Of a stretch of DNA of 64,000 nucleotides, positions 10,516 to 20,409 are shown piece by piece. This DNA is from Sphingobacterium thalpophilum (lineage in GTDB: Bacteria > Bacteroidota > Bacteroidia > Chitinophagales > Chitinophagaceae). The stretch lies in assembly GCA_943325035.2 (NCBI GenBank), contig CALPNW020000001.1, positions 920 to 64,919 of the forward strand, given 5' to 3'. Each line of letters begins with the position of its first letter. Positions within the stretch are counted from its first letter, which is position 1. The notes below the pieces were generated by a model. It had not been told where the DNA came from. It did not search any database and saw only the letters and a program-made list of their open reading frames with translations. The position numbers and the translations under genes are program-made.

Positions 10516-11295
10516 TTATTGAGACAGCTTGTCTACAAAAAAGTTGATGACTTCTATAGCAATCAGCGCAATTACGATCCATTCCAGAAAAGTACTGTTG
10601 CGGTATTGAAGAATATCCTTGAACAGTTCCAGGTTGTCTTTTACTATACTCAGTTTTTCCGATACACTTCTTGTACGGTCCTGAAGATCAAAATTCTTTT
10701 TCAGTCCGTTGTGCAGTTTATCCAATTGTTCATCCTCCCATGTTTCGGGCGGAGAGTCAAAAATAAACAGGTTCTCCGCAATACTGTTTTTTAGTAGCAG
10801 GGTTTTACCAATGTACTTTTTCAGATTTTTTCCCGAGATAGACAACCTGCCTTTTTTCTCCAATAGCTGGGTATGATGGTTGGTTTCTTCGAGCAGCTGA
10901 TCAGCAAGTTCCGAATAATGATCGAGGGTTACAGACTGTGAAACATTCAGCATAATCATTCTCAGGACCTGCCTGTCCGAATTTTTAATTTCAATTTTAT
11001 TATAGCTGATTTTATTTTCGGAGGCACCCGTTTCAACGACCAGTTCGTCATTTAATGTTTCTGCAAAAGGGTTCCTGCAATACGGTTTTATAAAATGAAG
11101 GAAAGCTGTTATTTCATTATCACTGTAATTCAGAAAGCTGACCACCCCATATCTGAATATATAGAGGTACTGCTCATTGCCCGGTTCATAAAACAACTCT
11201 TCGGAATCATTGTAATGGAGTGTAGAAGTATAGGCTGCTTTCAGCGACCGGATATCTATACTATCTGCAATCTGGTATGCCCTTACTTTATACAT
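10516..11295 (-). CDS. RMD1/DUF155 family protein
   Basis: YIFRYGVVSF, SQSV.LD.Y, DSP..TWE and C-terminal LEWIVIALIAIE motifs. ATG 11295 preferred. Confidence 0.85.
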   Translation of the reverse strand: MYKVRAYQIADSIDIRSLKAAYTSTLHYNDSEELFYEPGNEQYLYIFRYGVVSFLNYSDNEITAFLHFIKPYCRNPFAETLNDELVVETGASENKISYNKIEIKNSDRQVLRMIMLNVSQSVTLDHYSELADQLLEETNHHTQLLEKKGRLSISGKNLKKYIGKTLLLKNSIAENLFIFDSPPETWEDEQLDKLHNGLKKNFDLQDRTRSVSEKLSIVKDNLELFKDILQYRNSTFLEWIVIALIAIEVINFFVDKLSQ

Positions 11296-11325
11296 TAGTC
11301 TGTAAATATTTCTTACCAAAGTTTA

Positions 11326-11358
11326 CTGAAAAATATTGAGACTGCCAATATTTTTCAG
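11326..11358. promoter_or_regulatory. Perfect 13-bp inverted repeat in a divergent promoter region (candidate operator)
   Basis: CTGAAAAATATTG-agactgc-CAATATTTTTCAG between the divergent RMD1 and GH97 genes. Confidence 0.5.
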
Positions 11359-11389
11359 GCATTGGCCAATAGCAGAAGTAACTGAAACA

Positions 11390-11485
11390 ATGGCCGGTAT
11401 GAATGTGCCAAGTGAATATAAGAATGGCCTGTGCGAATGTTTCCAGTGAATGCACCGATGGCCGGTGCGAATGAATGTTTCAAGT
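11390..11485 (+). repeat. Three imperfect direct repeats with 34-bp period upstream of GH97
   Basis: ATGGCC.GT..GAATG units start at 11390, 11424 and 11458. Confidence 0.65.
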
Positions 11486-11530
11486 ACAGTTCGGATATTC
11501 TTAAATAACTTTAATACTCAAATTCATTTT

Positions 11531-13606
11531 ATGAGATCTGTTAAACTCTTTACAGCTTTATCGCTTGTTCTGCTTTCATATACCGCAATGGCCCAGAACG
11601 GAATTGTCATTAACTCTCCGGGTAAAGTCATACAGGTAAAAATAGAGCAGCAGACAGACGGCGCTCTGGCGTACAGTGTTTACAGAAAAGACCAGGTGGT
11701 TATCCTTCCTTCGGGTATGGGTTTTAAACTGAACAAACCAGTTGCTGAACTCAATAAATTCAATATTACGGCTATCGATTCATTGGCGGTAAACGAAAGC
11801 TGGAAACCGGTTTGGGGAGAAGTGAAAATGATACAGAACAATTACCGGCAAACAGCATTAACACTTGCCGATAAAAAAAATTCGGGCATTATCATCAAAT
11901 TAATTGTGCGGGTTTTTGATGATGGAGCTGCATTCAGGTATGAGTTTCCTGAACAGAAAAATCTAAAACATTTTGTGATCGGGGATGAGAACACCCTATT
12001 TAAACTGGCAGGCAATCACAAAGCATTCTGGATTCCGGGAGACTTCGATACCAATGAGTTCCGTTATACCACCAGCAAAATAACAGAAGTAGATGTTCCG
12101 AAAATATACCGCGAAGAAGATGCCATCAATACCGCAGTTCCCATTCTGTCCAACAGGGTTCAAACTCCGCTGATGCTGAAATCGGAAGATGGATTGTACA
12201 TTAATATTCATGAAGCTGCCCTGGTCAACTATCCGGCTATGCACCTGCTGATCAACAAAGGAAATCTCAGTTTAAGCAGCCAGCTGGCGCCAGACGCAGT
12301 AGGCAACAAAGCCTACCTGATAACCCCTGCTGTAACACCTTGGAGAACCATCATTGTAAGCAATAAAGCCACGGAGATCCTCTCTTCTAAAATGATCCTG
12401 AACCTGAATGAGCCTTCTGTAATCAAAGACCCTTCATTCATACAGCCCCAGAAATTTATAGGGGTATGGTGGGAAATGTTCAACGGAAAATCTACCTGGG
12501 ACAGTACTTCGGGTAAACATGGTGCCACTACTGCCAATGTAAAAAAATACATCGATTTTGCAGCAAAGCATGGTATTAATTCGGTGCTGGTAGAAGGATG
12601 GAACAGAGGATGGGAAGACTGGATCGGCAACTGGAAAGAAAATGTATTTGATTTTATTACTCCTTACGGAGATTATGATATCAATGAACTCAGCAGGTAT
12701 GCAAAAGCAAAAAAGGTGAAGATCATCATGCACCACGAAACATCCGGATCGGTTACCAATTACGAAAGATATATGGACACTGCCTACCGGTTTATGCTGA
12801 ACCACGGAATGAATGCAGTAAAATCCGGCTATGTAGGACCCATCATACCAAGAGGCGAAATGCACGATGGACAGTGGATGGTGAATCACTTTAACCGGGT
12901 GGCACAAAAAATGGCATCTTATAAAATCATGCTCGACGCGCACGAGCCCGTTCGCCCTACCGGCTTATCCCGTACCTACCCTAACTGGATGGCCAGCGAA
13001 GCAGGAAGAGGCAATGAATTCAATGGCTTTAGCAGGGGCAATTTACCGGAGCACGAAACCATTTTACCATTTACCCGTATCATGGGAGGACCAATGGATT
13101 ACACACCGGGTATCTTCCGTATGAAGCTGGACAAATACGACCCTAATAAAACCAATCAGGTTCATACTACCTTAACCAAGCAGCTGGCTTTGTATGTAAC
13201 GCTTTACAGCCCTATACAAATGGCAGCCGATATGCCGGAGAATTATGAAGCACATTTAGATGCTTTTCAGTTCATCAAAGAGGTTGCCGTAGACTGGGAC
13301 GATACCCGGATTCTGGAAGCAGAACCTGGAGATTATATTACTACTGCGCGCAAAGCAAAAGGGAAAAACGATTGGTTCATAGGAGCCATCACCGATGAAA
13401 ATGCAAGAACAGCAACGATGAATCTGGATTTTCTGGATAAAGGAAATACATACCATGCCATCATTTACCGTGATGCAGATAATGCCCATTGGGATAAGAA
13501 CCCCGAAGCATATATTATAGAAACAAAACCGGTAGACGCTACAACTGTTTTACAGGTGAAGCTGGCTGCGGGCGGGGGCTGTGCAATCCGGATAAAAAAA
13601 TTGTAA
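11531..13606 (+). CDS. Glycoside hydrolase family 97, SusB-like inverting alpha-glucosidase
   Basis: LVEGWN, MHHET, KSGY, DAHEP, SEAGRG, GGPMDYTPG and QMAAD motifs. ATG 11531 gives a signal peptide. Confidence 0.92.
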   Translation: MRSVKLFTALSLVLLSYTAMAQNGIVINSPGKVIQVKIEQQTDGALAYSVYRKDQVVILPSGMGFKLNKPVAELNKFNITAIDSLAVNESWKPVWGEVKMIQNNYRQTALTLADKKNSGIIIKLIVRVFDDGAAFRYEFPEQKNLKHFVIGDENTLFKLAGNHKAFWIPGDFDTNEFRYTTSKITEVDVPKIYREEDAINTAVPILSNRVQTPLMLKSEDGLYINIHEAALVNYPAMHLLINKGNLSLSSQLAPDAVGNKAYLITPAVTPWRTIIVSNKATEILSSKMILNLNEPSVIKDPSFIQPQKFIGVWWEMFNGKSTWDSTSGKHGATTANVKKYIDFAAKHGINSVLVEGWNRGWEDWIGNWKENVFDFITPYGDYDINELSRYAKAKKVKIIMHHETSGSVTNYERYMDTAYRFMLNHGMNAVKSGYVGPIIPRGEMHDGQWMVNHFNRVAQKMASYKIMLDAHEPVRPTGLSRTYPNWMASEAGRGNEFNGFSRGNLPEHETILPFTRIMGGPMDYTPGIFRMKLDKYDPNKTNQVHTTLTKQLALYVTLYSPIQMAADMPENYEAHLDAFQFIKEVAVDWDDTRILEAEPGDYITTARKAKGKNDWFIGAITDENARTATMNLDFLDKGNTYHAIIYRDADNAHWDKNPEAYIIETKPVDATTVLQVKLAAGGGCAIRIKKL

Positions 13607-13638
13607 TCATTTGCAGGAGTAAGCACGCCCTTTGTACT

Positions 13639-13646
13639 TACTTTTG
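13639..13646 (+). promoter_or_regulatory. Bacteroidota -7 promoter box TACTTTTG, 3 nt before the psuK ATG
   Basis: Exact TAnnTTTG match. Confidence 0.5.
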
Positions 13647-13649
13647 TAA

Positions 13650-14576
13650 ATGCCCAAGCCAATTATTTGTATAGGTGCTACACTGGTTGATGAACTTTTT
13701 CATGCCCGTAACAGTATTCTCCCCGCTACTACCAATGAAGCTCTGGTGACTAAAACCGCCGGAGGCGTTGCACATAATATTGCCCAGCAATTGGCTATAT
13801 TGGAAGTACACGTACAACTGATCAGTGTTTTTGGCAATGACAGTGATGGCGACTGGTTAAAAGGGGCCTGCAGAAGATCCGGTGTAAAACTGGATGGATC
13901 CATTACCTGTGAGGGACTATCCGGAAAGTATACCGGTATACTGGATCATGACGGTTCCCTCTACACCGCTTTTCTTACCAATGCCGCATTTAACTTAATT
14001 ACGCCGGACCATTTAGAGAAACAGACCAATCTTTTAATGACCGCCTCTTTTATAATGGCCGATGCCAATACGAGCCTGGAGAGCATGCTATGGCTTTTGG
14101 CATTCAGCAATAAAACAGGAATTCCATTTATTATAGAACCTGCCTCCGTTCCACCGGCCATGAAATTAAAGGGGGCAGACCTCAATGGATTATTCCTTAT
14201 CACTCCTAATGAAGATGAGTTGCCCGTACTCTGTTCCGAAAAAGCCTTTCTTACCCAGTTACAGGTAGAGGAATTACTGGCCAAGGGGGTTGAGTACGTG
14301 TGGTTACACAACGGCAAGCAGGGATCTGCATTGTATAGTAAGGATAAATCAATCAGCCTGCATGCGCCCGATGTTGAAGTAGTAGACTGTACCGGTGCGG
14401 GAGATGGTTCGCTGTCTGGATTCCTGTTAGGTAAAACATTGGGCAAAAGCGATGAAGAATGTATAAAACTGGCACATACGCTATCGGCAGAAATACTGCA
14501 GGTAAACGGAGCCATCGTTACCCATCTCAACCAGCAGCAATTATTAAGCAGCGTAGATAAATATTACCCCGATTAA
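13650..14576 (+). CDS. psuK: PfkB family kinase, probable pseudouridine kinase
   Basis: GGVAHNIA, TPNEDE and DCTGAGD motifs; stop overlaps the psuG start (TAATG). Confidence 0.8.
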   Translation: MPKPIICIGATLVDELFHARNSILPATTNEALVTKTAGGVAHNIAQQLAILEVHVQLISVFGNDSDGDWLKGACRRSGVKLDGSITCEGLSGKYTGILDHDGSLYTAFLTNAAFNLITPDHLEKQTNLLMTASFIMADANTSLESMLWLLAFSNKTGIPFIIEPASVPPAMKLKGADLNGLFLITPNEDELPVLCSEKAFLTQLQVEELLAKGVEYVWLHNGKQGSALYSKDKSISLHAPDVEVVDCTGAGDGSLSGFLLGKTLGKSDEECIKLAHTLSAEILQVNGAIVTHLNQQQLLSSVDKYYPD

Positions 14577-15505
14577 TGCAAAGTTATTTAGCCATACATC
14601 CCGAAGTTGCGCAGGCATTAAAAAATGGACTGCCGGTGGTAGCATTAGAGTCTACCATTATTTCTCATGGCATGCCTTACCCACAAAATGTAGCAACGGC
14701 AAAGGCCGTAGAAGAAATAGTCAGGGCAAACGGAGCGGTTCCTGCAACCATTGCCATCATGCATGGAAAATGTTATGTAGGACTCACTGGCGAACAGCTG
14801 GAATTTTTTGGAAAGGAAAAAGAGGTTTGGAAAGTAAGCCTGCGCGATATGCCGTATGTAGTGAGCAAGCAGTTATTTGGCGCCACCACCGTAGCAGCCA
14901 CCATGCGGATCGCTGCCACGGCCGGTATTAAAATATTTGTTACGGGAGGAATCGGTGGCGTACACAGAGGAGCGGCACAGAGCATGGATATTTCTGCAGA
15001 CCTTACAGAAATGGCCAGTACTTCAGTAGCCGTTGTTTCCGCGGGCGTAAAATCTATTTTAGACATTGGATTAACCCTGGAGTACCTCGAAACAATGGGC
15101 ATTCCAGTAGTAACACCAGGGCAGGATGCCTTCCCAAGTTTCTATTCACGCCAAAGTGGTTTTACCACTCCTTTAAGGCTGGATACGCCCAAAGAAATAG
15201 CCCTGCTGCTGCAAACCAAGTGGAATATGGGATTGAAGGGTTCGGTATTAATTGCCAACCCTGTTCCTGCAGACCAGGAAATAGCCGCTGCAGAAATGGA
15301 AGTATATATACAGGCGGCATTAAACGATGCAGCATTGAATCACATTACCGGCAAAGAACTAACTCCATACCTCCTTAAATATATTGCCAACCACACAGCA
15401 GGAGAAAGTCTCGAAGCCAATATTGCACTGATCAAACACAATGCAAAACTGGGTGCACAGATCGCACAGGCATTAGCTGGAACGGCTCAACAGCAGACTG
15501 CATAA
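14576..15505 (+). CDS. psuG: Pseudouridine-5'-phosphate glycosidase
   Basis: VVALESTIISHGMPYPQN, ATTVA, TGGIGGVHRG, DISADL, KSILD and GK.LTPYLL motifs. Confidence 0.95.
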   Translation: MQSYLAIHPEVAQALKNGLPVVALESTIISHGMPYPQNVATAKAVEEIVRANGAVPATIAIMHGKCYVGLTGEQLEFFGKEKEVWKVSLRDMPYVVSKQLFGATTVAATMRIAATAGIKIFVTGGIGGVHRGAAQSMDISADLTEMASTSVAVVSAGVKSILDIGLTLEYLETMGIPVVTPGQDAFPSFYSRQSGFTTPLRLDTPKEIALLLQTKWNMGLKGSVLIANPVPADQEIAAAEMEVYIQAALNDAALNHITGKELTPYLLKYIANHTAGESLEANIALIKHNAKLGAQIAQALAGTAQQQTA

Positions 15506-15633
15506 ATTATTCCTGATCAGAATCATCTTATTCCATATCCTACGTCACAGGCTGGCAAATTTACCCATGATAATTTCGTAGCAAACGAATTGGATTATCC
15601 GGTTCGTAGCATTGTTATTTTAAATCATTGGAT

Positions 15634-16917
15634 ATGAAAACAAAATTCATTGTTGTTTTCCTGTTATTGTTATGTACAGAAAAATATAGTCTGCTAAACG
15701 CACAGATCCTGAATCCAAAAAAATTACTGGAGCGGAAAATCATTGATAGAACCAATTCCGCCATCAATAAAAAGACAGATGAGGCGCTGGATAGCATGAC
15801 CGGTAAAAAAGGACAGCCCAATACAAAGACCGATTCTGCAAAACTGCAAAAAACAACTACTGCATCAGATACAACAATAACTACTACGGGTAATAACCGG
15901 CCGATGCTCGAAACCTATTCGAAGTTCGATTTTATACCCGGCGAAAAAGTGATTTTTTATGATGATTTTAGTAAAGACAATATAGGAGACTTTCCTGCAC
16001 AATGGAATACCAACGGATCTGCAGAAATAGTTACTGCCAATCTGTTTCCGGGGCGGTGGATGAAATTCAGTTCAAGAAATTCTGTCTGGACCGATCAGCT
16101 GCTGAATCTCCCGGACAACTATACCATAGAATTTGATATCATCCCTATTAGCGGAGAAGAAGGGCCCAGAATGGCGGGATATGATTTCAGGCTTATAAAA
16201 AGTATTAACGCAAAAGCATTTGATGCGGGTACTGTTCCCGGCAAATCCGGATTCTTATTTACTGTTGGCTATACCGGAAGGCCCGCATACAGAACTTATA
16301 TGAATGAACCAGAGGGGCAGGCACTCGGCCTGTCTGGCTATAAGGACGACAACCAATTTTACCAGAAAATAAATGTGTTATACCATATCTCTATCTGGGT
16401 TCAAAAAGCCCGGGTAAGGTTGTACCAGAATGAAAACAAGTTGTTTGATCTGCCCAGGGCCTTTCCGCTGCCCAATATAAAAATGGACAGACTCCGGTTT
16501 GAATATGGTGCAGGAATGATCGGGAATGTTCGGGTAGCGGTAGGTAATCCGGACATGCGGAGCAAGCTTATTACAGAAGGCAAACTGGTGAGTTATGGAA
16601 TCTATTTTGACGTTAACTCAGATAAAGTTAAGCCGGAGTCTTACGGAACACTTAAGGGAATAGCTGATGTACTTAATGAAAATCCGGAAGTATCCATAAA
16701 AATTGTAGGGCATACCGACGCCGATGGAAACGATGCTTCCAATCTCGATTTATCGAAGCGCCGGGCTGCTTCAGTGAAAAATGAACTGACTGTTACATTT
16801 GGCATCAGTGCCGGCAGAATGGGAACCGATGGAAAGGGAGAATCACAACCCATCGCCCCTAATGACAACCCCTCCAATAAGGCATTAAACAGAAGGGTTG
16901 AATTCATTAAACAGTAA
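15634..16917 (+). CDS. OmpA family protein (N-terminal lectin-like domain plus OmpA C-terminal domain)
   Basis: Signal peptide; FDFIPGEKVIFYDDF; GHTD..N.DLS.RRA and NRRVEF peptidoglycan-binding motifs. Confidence 0.88.
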   Translation: MKTKFIVVFLLLLCTEKYSLLNAQILNPKKLLERKIIDRTNSAINKKTDEALDSMTGKKGQPNTKTDSAKLQKTTTASDTTITTTGNNRPMLETYSKFDFIPGEKVIFYDDFSKDNIGDFPAQWNTNGSAEIVTANLFPGRWMKFSSRNSVWTDQLLNLPDNYTIEFDIIPISGEEGPRMAGYDFRLIKSINAKAFDAGTVPGKSGFLFTVGYTGRPAYRTYMNEPEGQALGLSGYKDDNQFYQKINVLYHISIWVQKARVRLYQNENKLFDLPRAFPLPNIKMDRLRFEYGAGMIGNVRVAVGNPDMRSKLITEGKLVSYGIYFDVNSDKVKPESYGTLKGIADVLNENPEVSIKIVGHTDADGNDASNLDLSKRRAASVKNELTVTFGISAGRMGTDGKGESQPIAPNDNPSNKALNRRVEFIKQ

Positions 16918-16988
16918 TAGCACTGGTGCATTCTTCATACTGATCAGTGAATTCCTGTATTACAGAATAAGGTTATCAATGAAGCAAT

Positions 16989-17738
16989 ATGAAAAAGTAT
17001 TTGCCGGTGATTTTGTTCCTCTGGCTAAACAGTGCTGTTGAACTTCATGCACAAACCGCTACAGAAATTGTACAGCAGGCCGATAATAAAATGCGTGGGA
17101 AGTCCTCTCAGGCAGAAATGACGGTCTTAACAATCAGGCCCAACTGGAGCCGTGAAATGCAGATAAAATCATGGGTAAAAGGTACCAATCTTGCCATGAT
17201 ACTGGTACAGTCTCCCCCAAAAGACAAAGGCATCGTTTTTCTGAAAAGAAAAAAAGAAGTGTGGAACTGGATGCCTGTTATCGAAAGAAATATCAAGCTC
17301 CCGCCATCTATGATGACCAACAGCTGGATGGGAACCGATTTTACCAACGACGATCTGGTAAGGGAAGCTTCGGCTGTATATGATTATACGCACCGGTTCA
17401 TAGCAGACACTTTGATAGACAACAGGATATGTTATAAAATTGAATTTATTCCCAAACCAGGCACGGCCATAGTATGGGGGAAGTTGCTGGTATGCATAGA
17501 TAAAAAAGATTACCTCGAATTATACACGGAGTTTTTTGATGAAGAGGGACAGATGATTAATGTGATGAAGACCTATGATATTAAAATGATGGACGGCAGA
17601 CTCATACCTACACGCATGGAAATGACACCTGTCGGCAAGCAGTATCAGAAGACGGTGATCATATACCGGTCTGTTGTATTCAACCGGAACATTGAAGATA
17701 ATTTTTTCACCATCGAAAAAATGAAACAAATCAACTAA
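16989..17738 (+). CDS. Outer membrane lipoprotein-sorting (LolA-like) protein
   Basis: DKGIVFLK, WNWMP.IER.IK and SWMGTDFTNDDL motifs; signal peptide. Confidence 0.85.
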   Translation: MKKYLPVILFLWLNSAVELHAQTATEIVQQADNKMRGKSSQAEMTVLTIRPNWSREMQIKSWVKGTNLAMILVQSPPKDKGIVFLKRKKEVWNWMPVIERNIKLPPSMMTNSWMGTDFTNDDLVREASAVYDYTHRFIADTLIDNRICYKIEFIPKPGTAIVWGKLLVCIDKKDYLELYTEFFDEEGQMINVMKTYDIKMMDGRLIPTRMEMTPVGKQYQKTVIIYRSVVFNRNIEDNFFTIEKMKQIN

Positions 17739-17957
17739 ATGTGGATCGTTCAACTGGCATGGAAAAATATCTGGCGAAACCGTAACCGAACATCCATTAC
17801 GATGGCAGCAATATTTTTTGCTGTTCTCCTGTCTGTATTAACCAGCAGTTTAAAAACAGGCATCTTCGATAACCTGATCAGCAATGTAGTCGGCTTCTAC
17901 GCTGGTTATATTCAGGTAAAAAAAGTACTGGCTTTACAGAACAGTTGCGCAACATGA
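17739..17957 (+). pseudogene. N-terminal fragment of an FtsX/MacB/LolE-type ABC permease
   Basis: LAWKNIWRNRNRTSITMAAIFFAV...GYIQV is the canonical permease start, but the ORF stops after 72 aa. Confidence 0.8.
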
Positions 17958-18811
17958 ATGAAGCCCTGAATCTGCAGAAAGCATGGATCAATCGGGATGG
18001 ATTTGTGTTTCACACCAATACCGAAAGACTGTATATAGATCTTAAAAAAACAAAATGGAATGCCCGAATTGGCAGACAGCGGATCAATTGGGGGATGTCT
18101 GCAATCTGGAACCCGAATGATCTGTTCAATGCCTATAATTTTCTCGATTTTGATTACGAAGAAAGATCGGGTGTAGATGGCGTAAAGCTGCAATACCTGC
18201 AGTCGGATTTTTCCAATATAGAAATTGTATACAGTGCAGCAAAAACCAAACAGATGGTTACTGCTGTCCGGTATTTTTTAAATAAATGGAATTATGACCT
18301 ACAGCTGATTGCCGGTTGGTATAAAAATCAGGCCACCCTTGGAACAGGATGGGCGGGCAATATCAAAGACGCGGGCTTTAAAGGGGAAGTGCAGTATTAT
18401 TTTACAGGCAAAGATTCACTGAATCAATTGAATATTACACTGGGTATAGATTACATGTTTAAAAAAGGCTGGTACCTGAATGCAGGTGCTTTATACAATA
18501 GTCATGGAATAAATGAAGCAGTGAGCAATTGGAATACCATTAACCTGAACCTATCTGCTAAGAATCTGATGCCCGGCAAGCATAATTTACTGCTCACCGG
18601 GCGTAAAGAAATTACTCCGGTTATGTCTGCCAGTTTAAGCATGGTCTATTCTCCGGGGTTAGACTTGTTGATTCTGCTTCCGGGCTTTGCCTATACTATC
18701 AGCGGAAAACTGGATGCCGAACTGATCTGGCAGTCTTATTTTGCTGATATCAACAACCGGTTTCAGGCTATCAATCATTTTGGATTCTGCCGTATTCGAT
18801 GGAGTTTTTGA
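17915..18811 (+). pseudogene. N-terminally truncated outer-membrane beta-barrel protein of LolA/ABC operons
   Basis: ERLY.D, RIGRQRINWG, WNPNDLFN, DFDYEER.GVDG and C-terminal WSF. No signal peptide; the reading frame begins inside the permease fragment. Confidence 0.65.
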
Positions 18812-18820
18812 AATATCTTA

Positions 18821-20386
18821 TTAAAGTGTTTTTTCAACCCGGCCATCCAGAACAGGATTGTACAGATCAAAACTTTTCAGGTATTTTACCATTGGTTGAA
18901 TAAGTACTTCCTGGGTATTTTTTCTGCTGAGTGCTTTTTTGAAAGCCAGATAACCATCCCCACCGTCTGCCAGAAAATTATTGGTCAGTACTTTATAAAT
19001 AGTGTTATCGGCTACAGGCAGTCCTTTGAAGGAAAGTGCCATCACGCGCCGGCCAATCGGTTTAGATTCAGCATACTTAAAATACACTCCTTTAGAAACC
19101 TGTAAAACACCATTTGTAAGTGATGCGGCGTGTTCAAACAATTCTTTGATATCCGACCCTTTCATAGTTAATTGTACGGTTGTGTTCGGGAAAGGAAAGG
19201 CAGAGATGATATTTCCCATAGTAATATCGCCTGCCTCAATATCCTGTCTTAGCCCACCGCTGTTTAATAATGCAAAATCGTAGTCCGGATAACTGTTCAG
19301 CATTGCGTCTGTAACCATATTCCCCAGCAGGGATTCTTCGCCGTATGATCTTGTTAACCTAACCAGAGAAGAACAGATCTTTTCATTGGTGATAACTGCC
19401 AGTTTATTTTCCCACTTGTTAATAGCACCTAAAGTAGCAGAGTCATCCGGTATTGCATCATCAAAAATGTAATTGAGTGTATTCTTATGTGAAATTATTT
19501 TATCTGAAACCAGATCGTACCCGATTTCCAGTTTGCCCAGTTGCATACCCAGTGCATCTGTTGAAACAATCAATGTGCCATTAGACACCAGTGCTTCCGG
19601 CGTTCCGGTATGCGCATGACCAGTAACCATAATATCCACACCGTTTACTTCTTTGGCCAGTTCCAGATCTCTTTTTAAATTTCTGCCCACATCGGTTGTA
19701 CCCTTAGAAGACTGTCGGCCCGGAATTCCCTGGTGTATCAGTAAAACAATTAAATCTGTTTTCCCTTTCAGTTCATCAACATATTGTTGCAGGTATTGGG
19801 TTTCATCTTTTGTTTCAACACCTTGTATCATTTCATCAGAAATGGTATCATAAAATGCAAACCTTCCATGAAGGCCAATGATGCCGATACGAACGCCGTT
19901 CTTTACAATGATCTTATACGGATTGTTCCACAGTAACTGGTCTGTATTCTTTAAAAAAATATTTCCGTTTAAAATGGGAAAACTTGCTTTGTTCAGCTGG
20001 GTAACTACATTTTGCCAGCCATGATCAAATTCATGATTACCAATGCAGGCAGCATCAATACCCAGGTGATTCATTACATCAATTACAGCTTCTCCGTTGG
20101 TAAGTGTGCTGATATAAGGACCGGTAAAAAAATCTCCTGCATCAAAATAAACTGTGTTGTCGGGATTGGCTTTTTTCTCATTTTTTACCAACGTGGCAAT
20201 ATTGGCAAAGCCACCAATTTTACTGGTTGGGCTGATCTCGTTTAGCTGCCTGGGCTGTAAATGTGCGTGAAGATCATTGGTATACAGTATGGTTAATTTT
20301 TTTATAGCCGTATTATTTGCGCCGGTCTGTGCAAAAAGTAAAAAAGGAGTTAAGAGTAAAAAGACCGGACTCAATATTTTTTTCAT
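18821..20386 (-). CDS. Bifunctional metallophosphatase / 5'-nucleotidase
   Basis: TNDLH, DAGDFF, GNHEFD, GHAH, NSGGLR and FLADGGDGY motifs; signal peptide. Confidence 0.92.
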   Translation of the reverse strand: MKKILSPVFLLLTPFLLFAQTGANNTAIKKLTILYTNDLHAHLQPRQLNEISPTSKIGGFANIATLVKNEKKANPDNTVYFDAGDFFTGPYISTLTNGEAVIDVMNHLGIDAACIGNHEFDHGWQNVVTQLNKASFPILNGNIFLKNTDQLLWNNPYKIIVKNGVRIGIIGLHGRFAFYDTISDEMIQGVETKDETQYLQQYVDELKGKTDLIVLLIHQGIPGRQSSKGTTDVGRNLKRDLELAKEVNGVDIMVTGHAHTGTPEALVSNGTLIVSTDALGMQLGKLEIGYDLVSDKIISHKNTLNYIFDDAIPDDSATLGAINKWENKLAVITNEKICSSLVRLTRSYGEESLLGNMVTDAMLNSYPDYDFALLNSGGLRQDIEAGDITMGNIISAFPFPNTTVQLTMKGSDIKELFEHAASLTNGVLQVSKGVYFKYAESKPIGRRVMALSFKGLPVADNTIYKVLTNNFLADGGDGYLAFKKALSRKNTQEVLIQPMVKYLKSFDLYNPVLDGRVEKTL

Positions 20387-20409
20387 AGGTAGGGAATTAA
20401 GGAAGATTA

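Noticed and set aside
11390-11485. Possible mini-CRISPR array
   Set aside because: The units are degenerate and nearly abutting, with no unique spacers and no cas genes.
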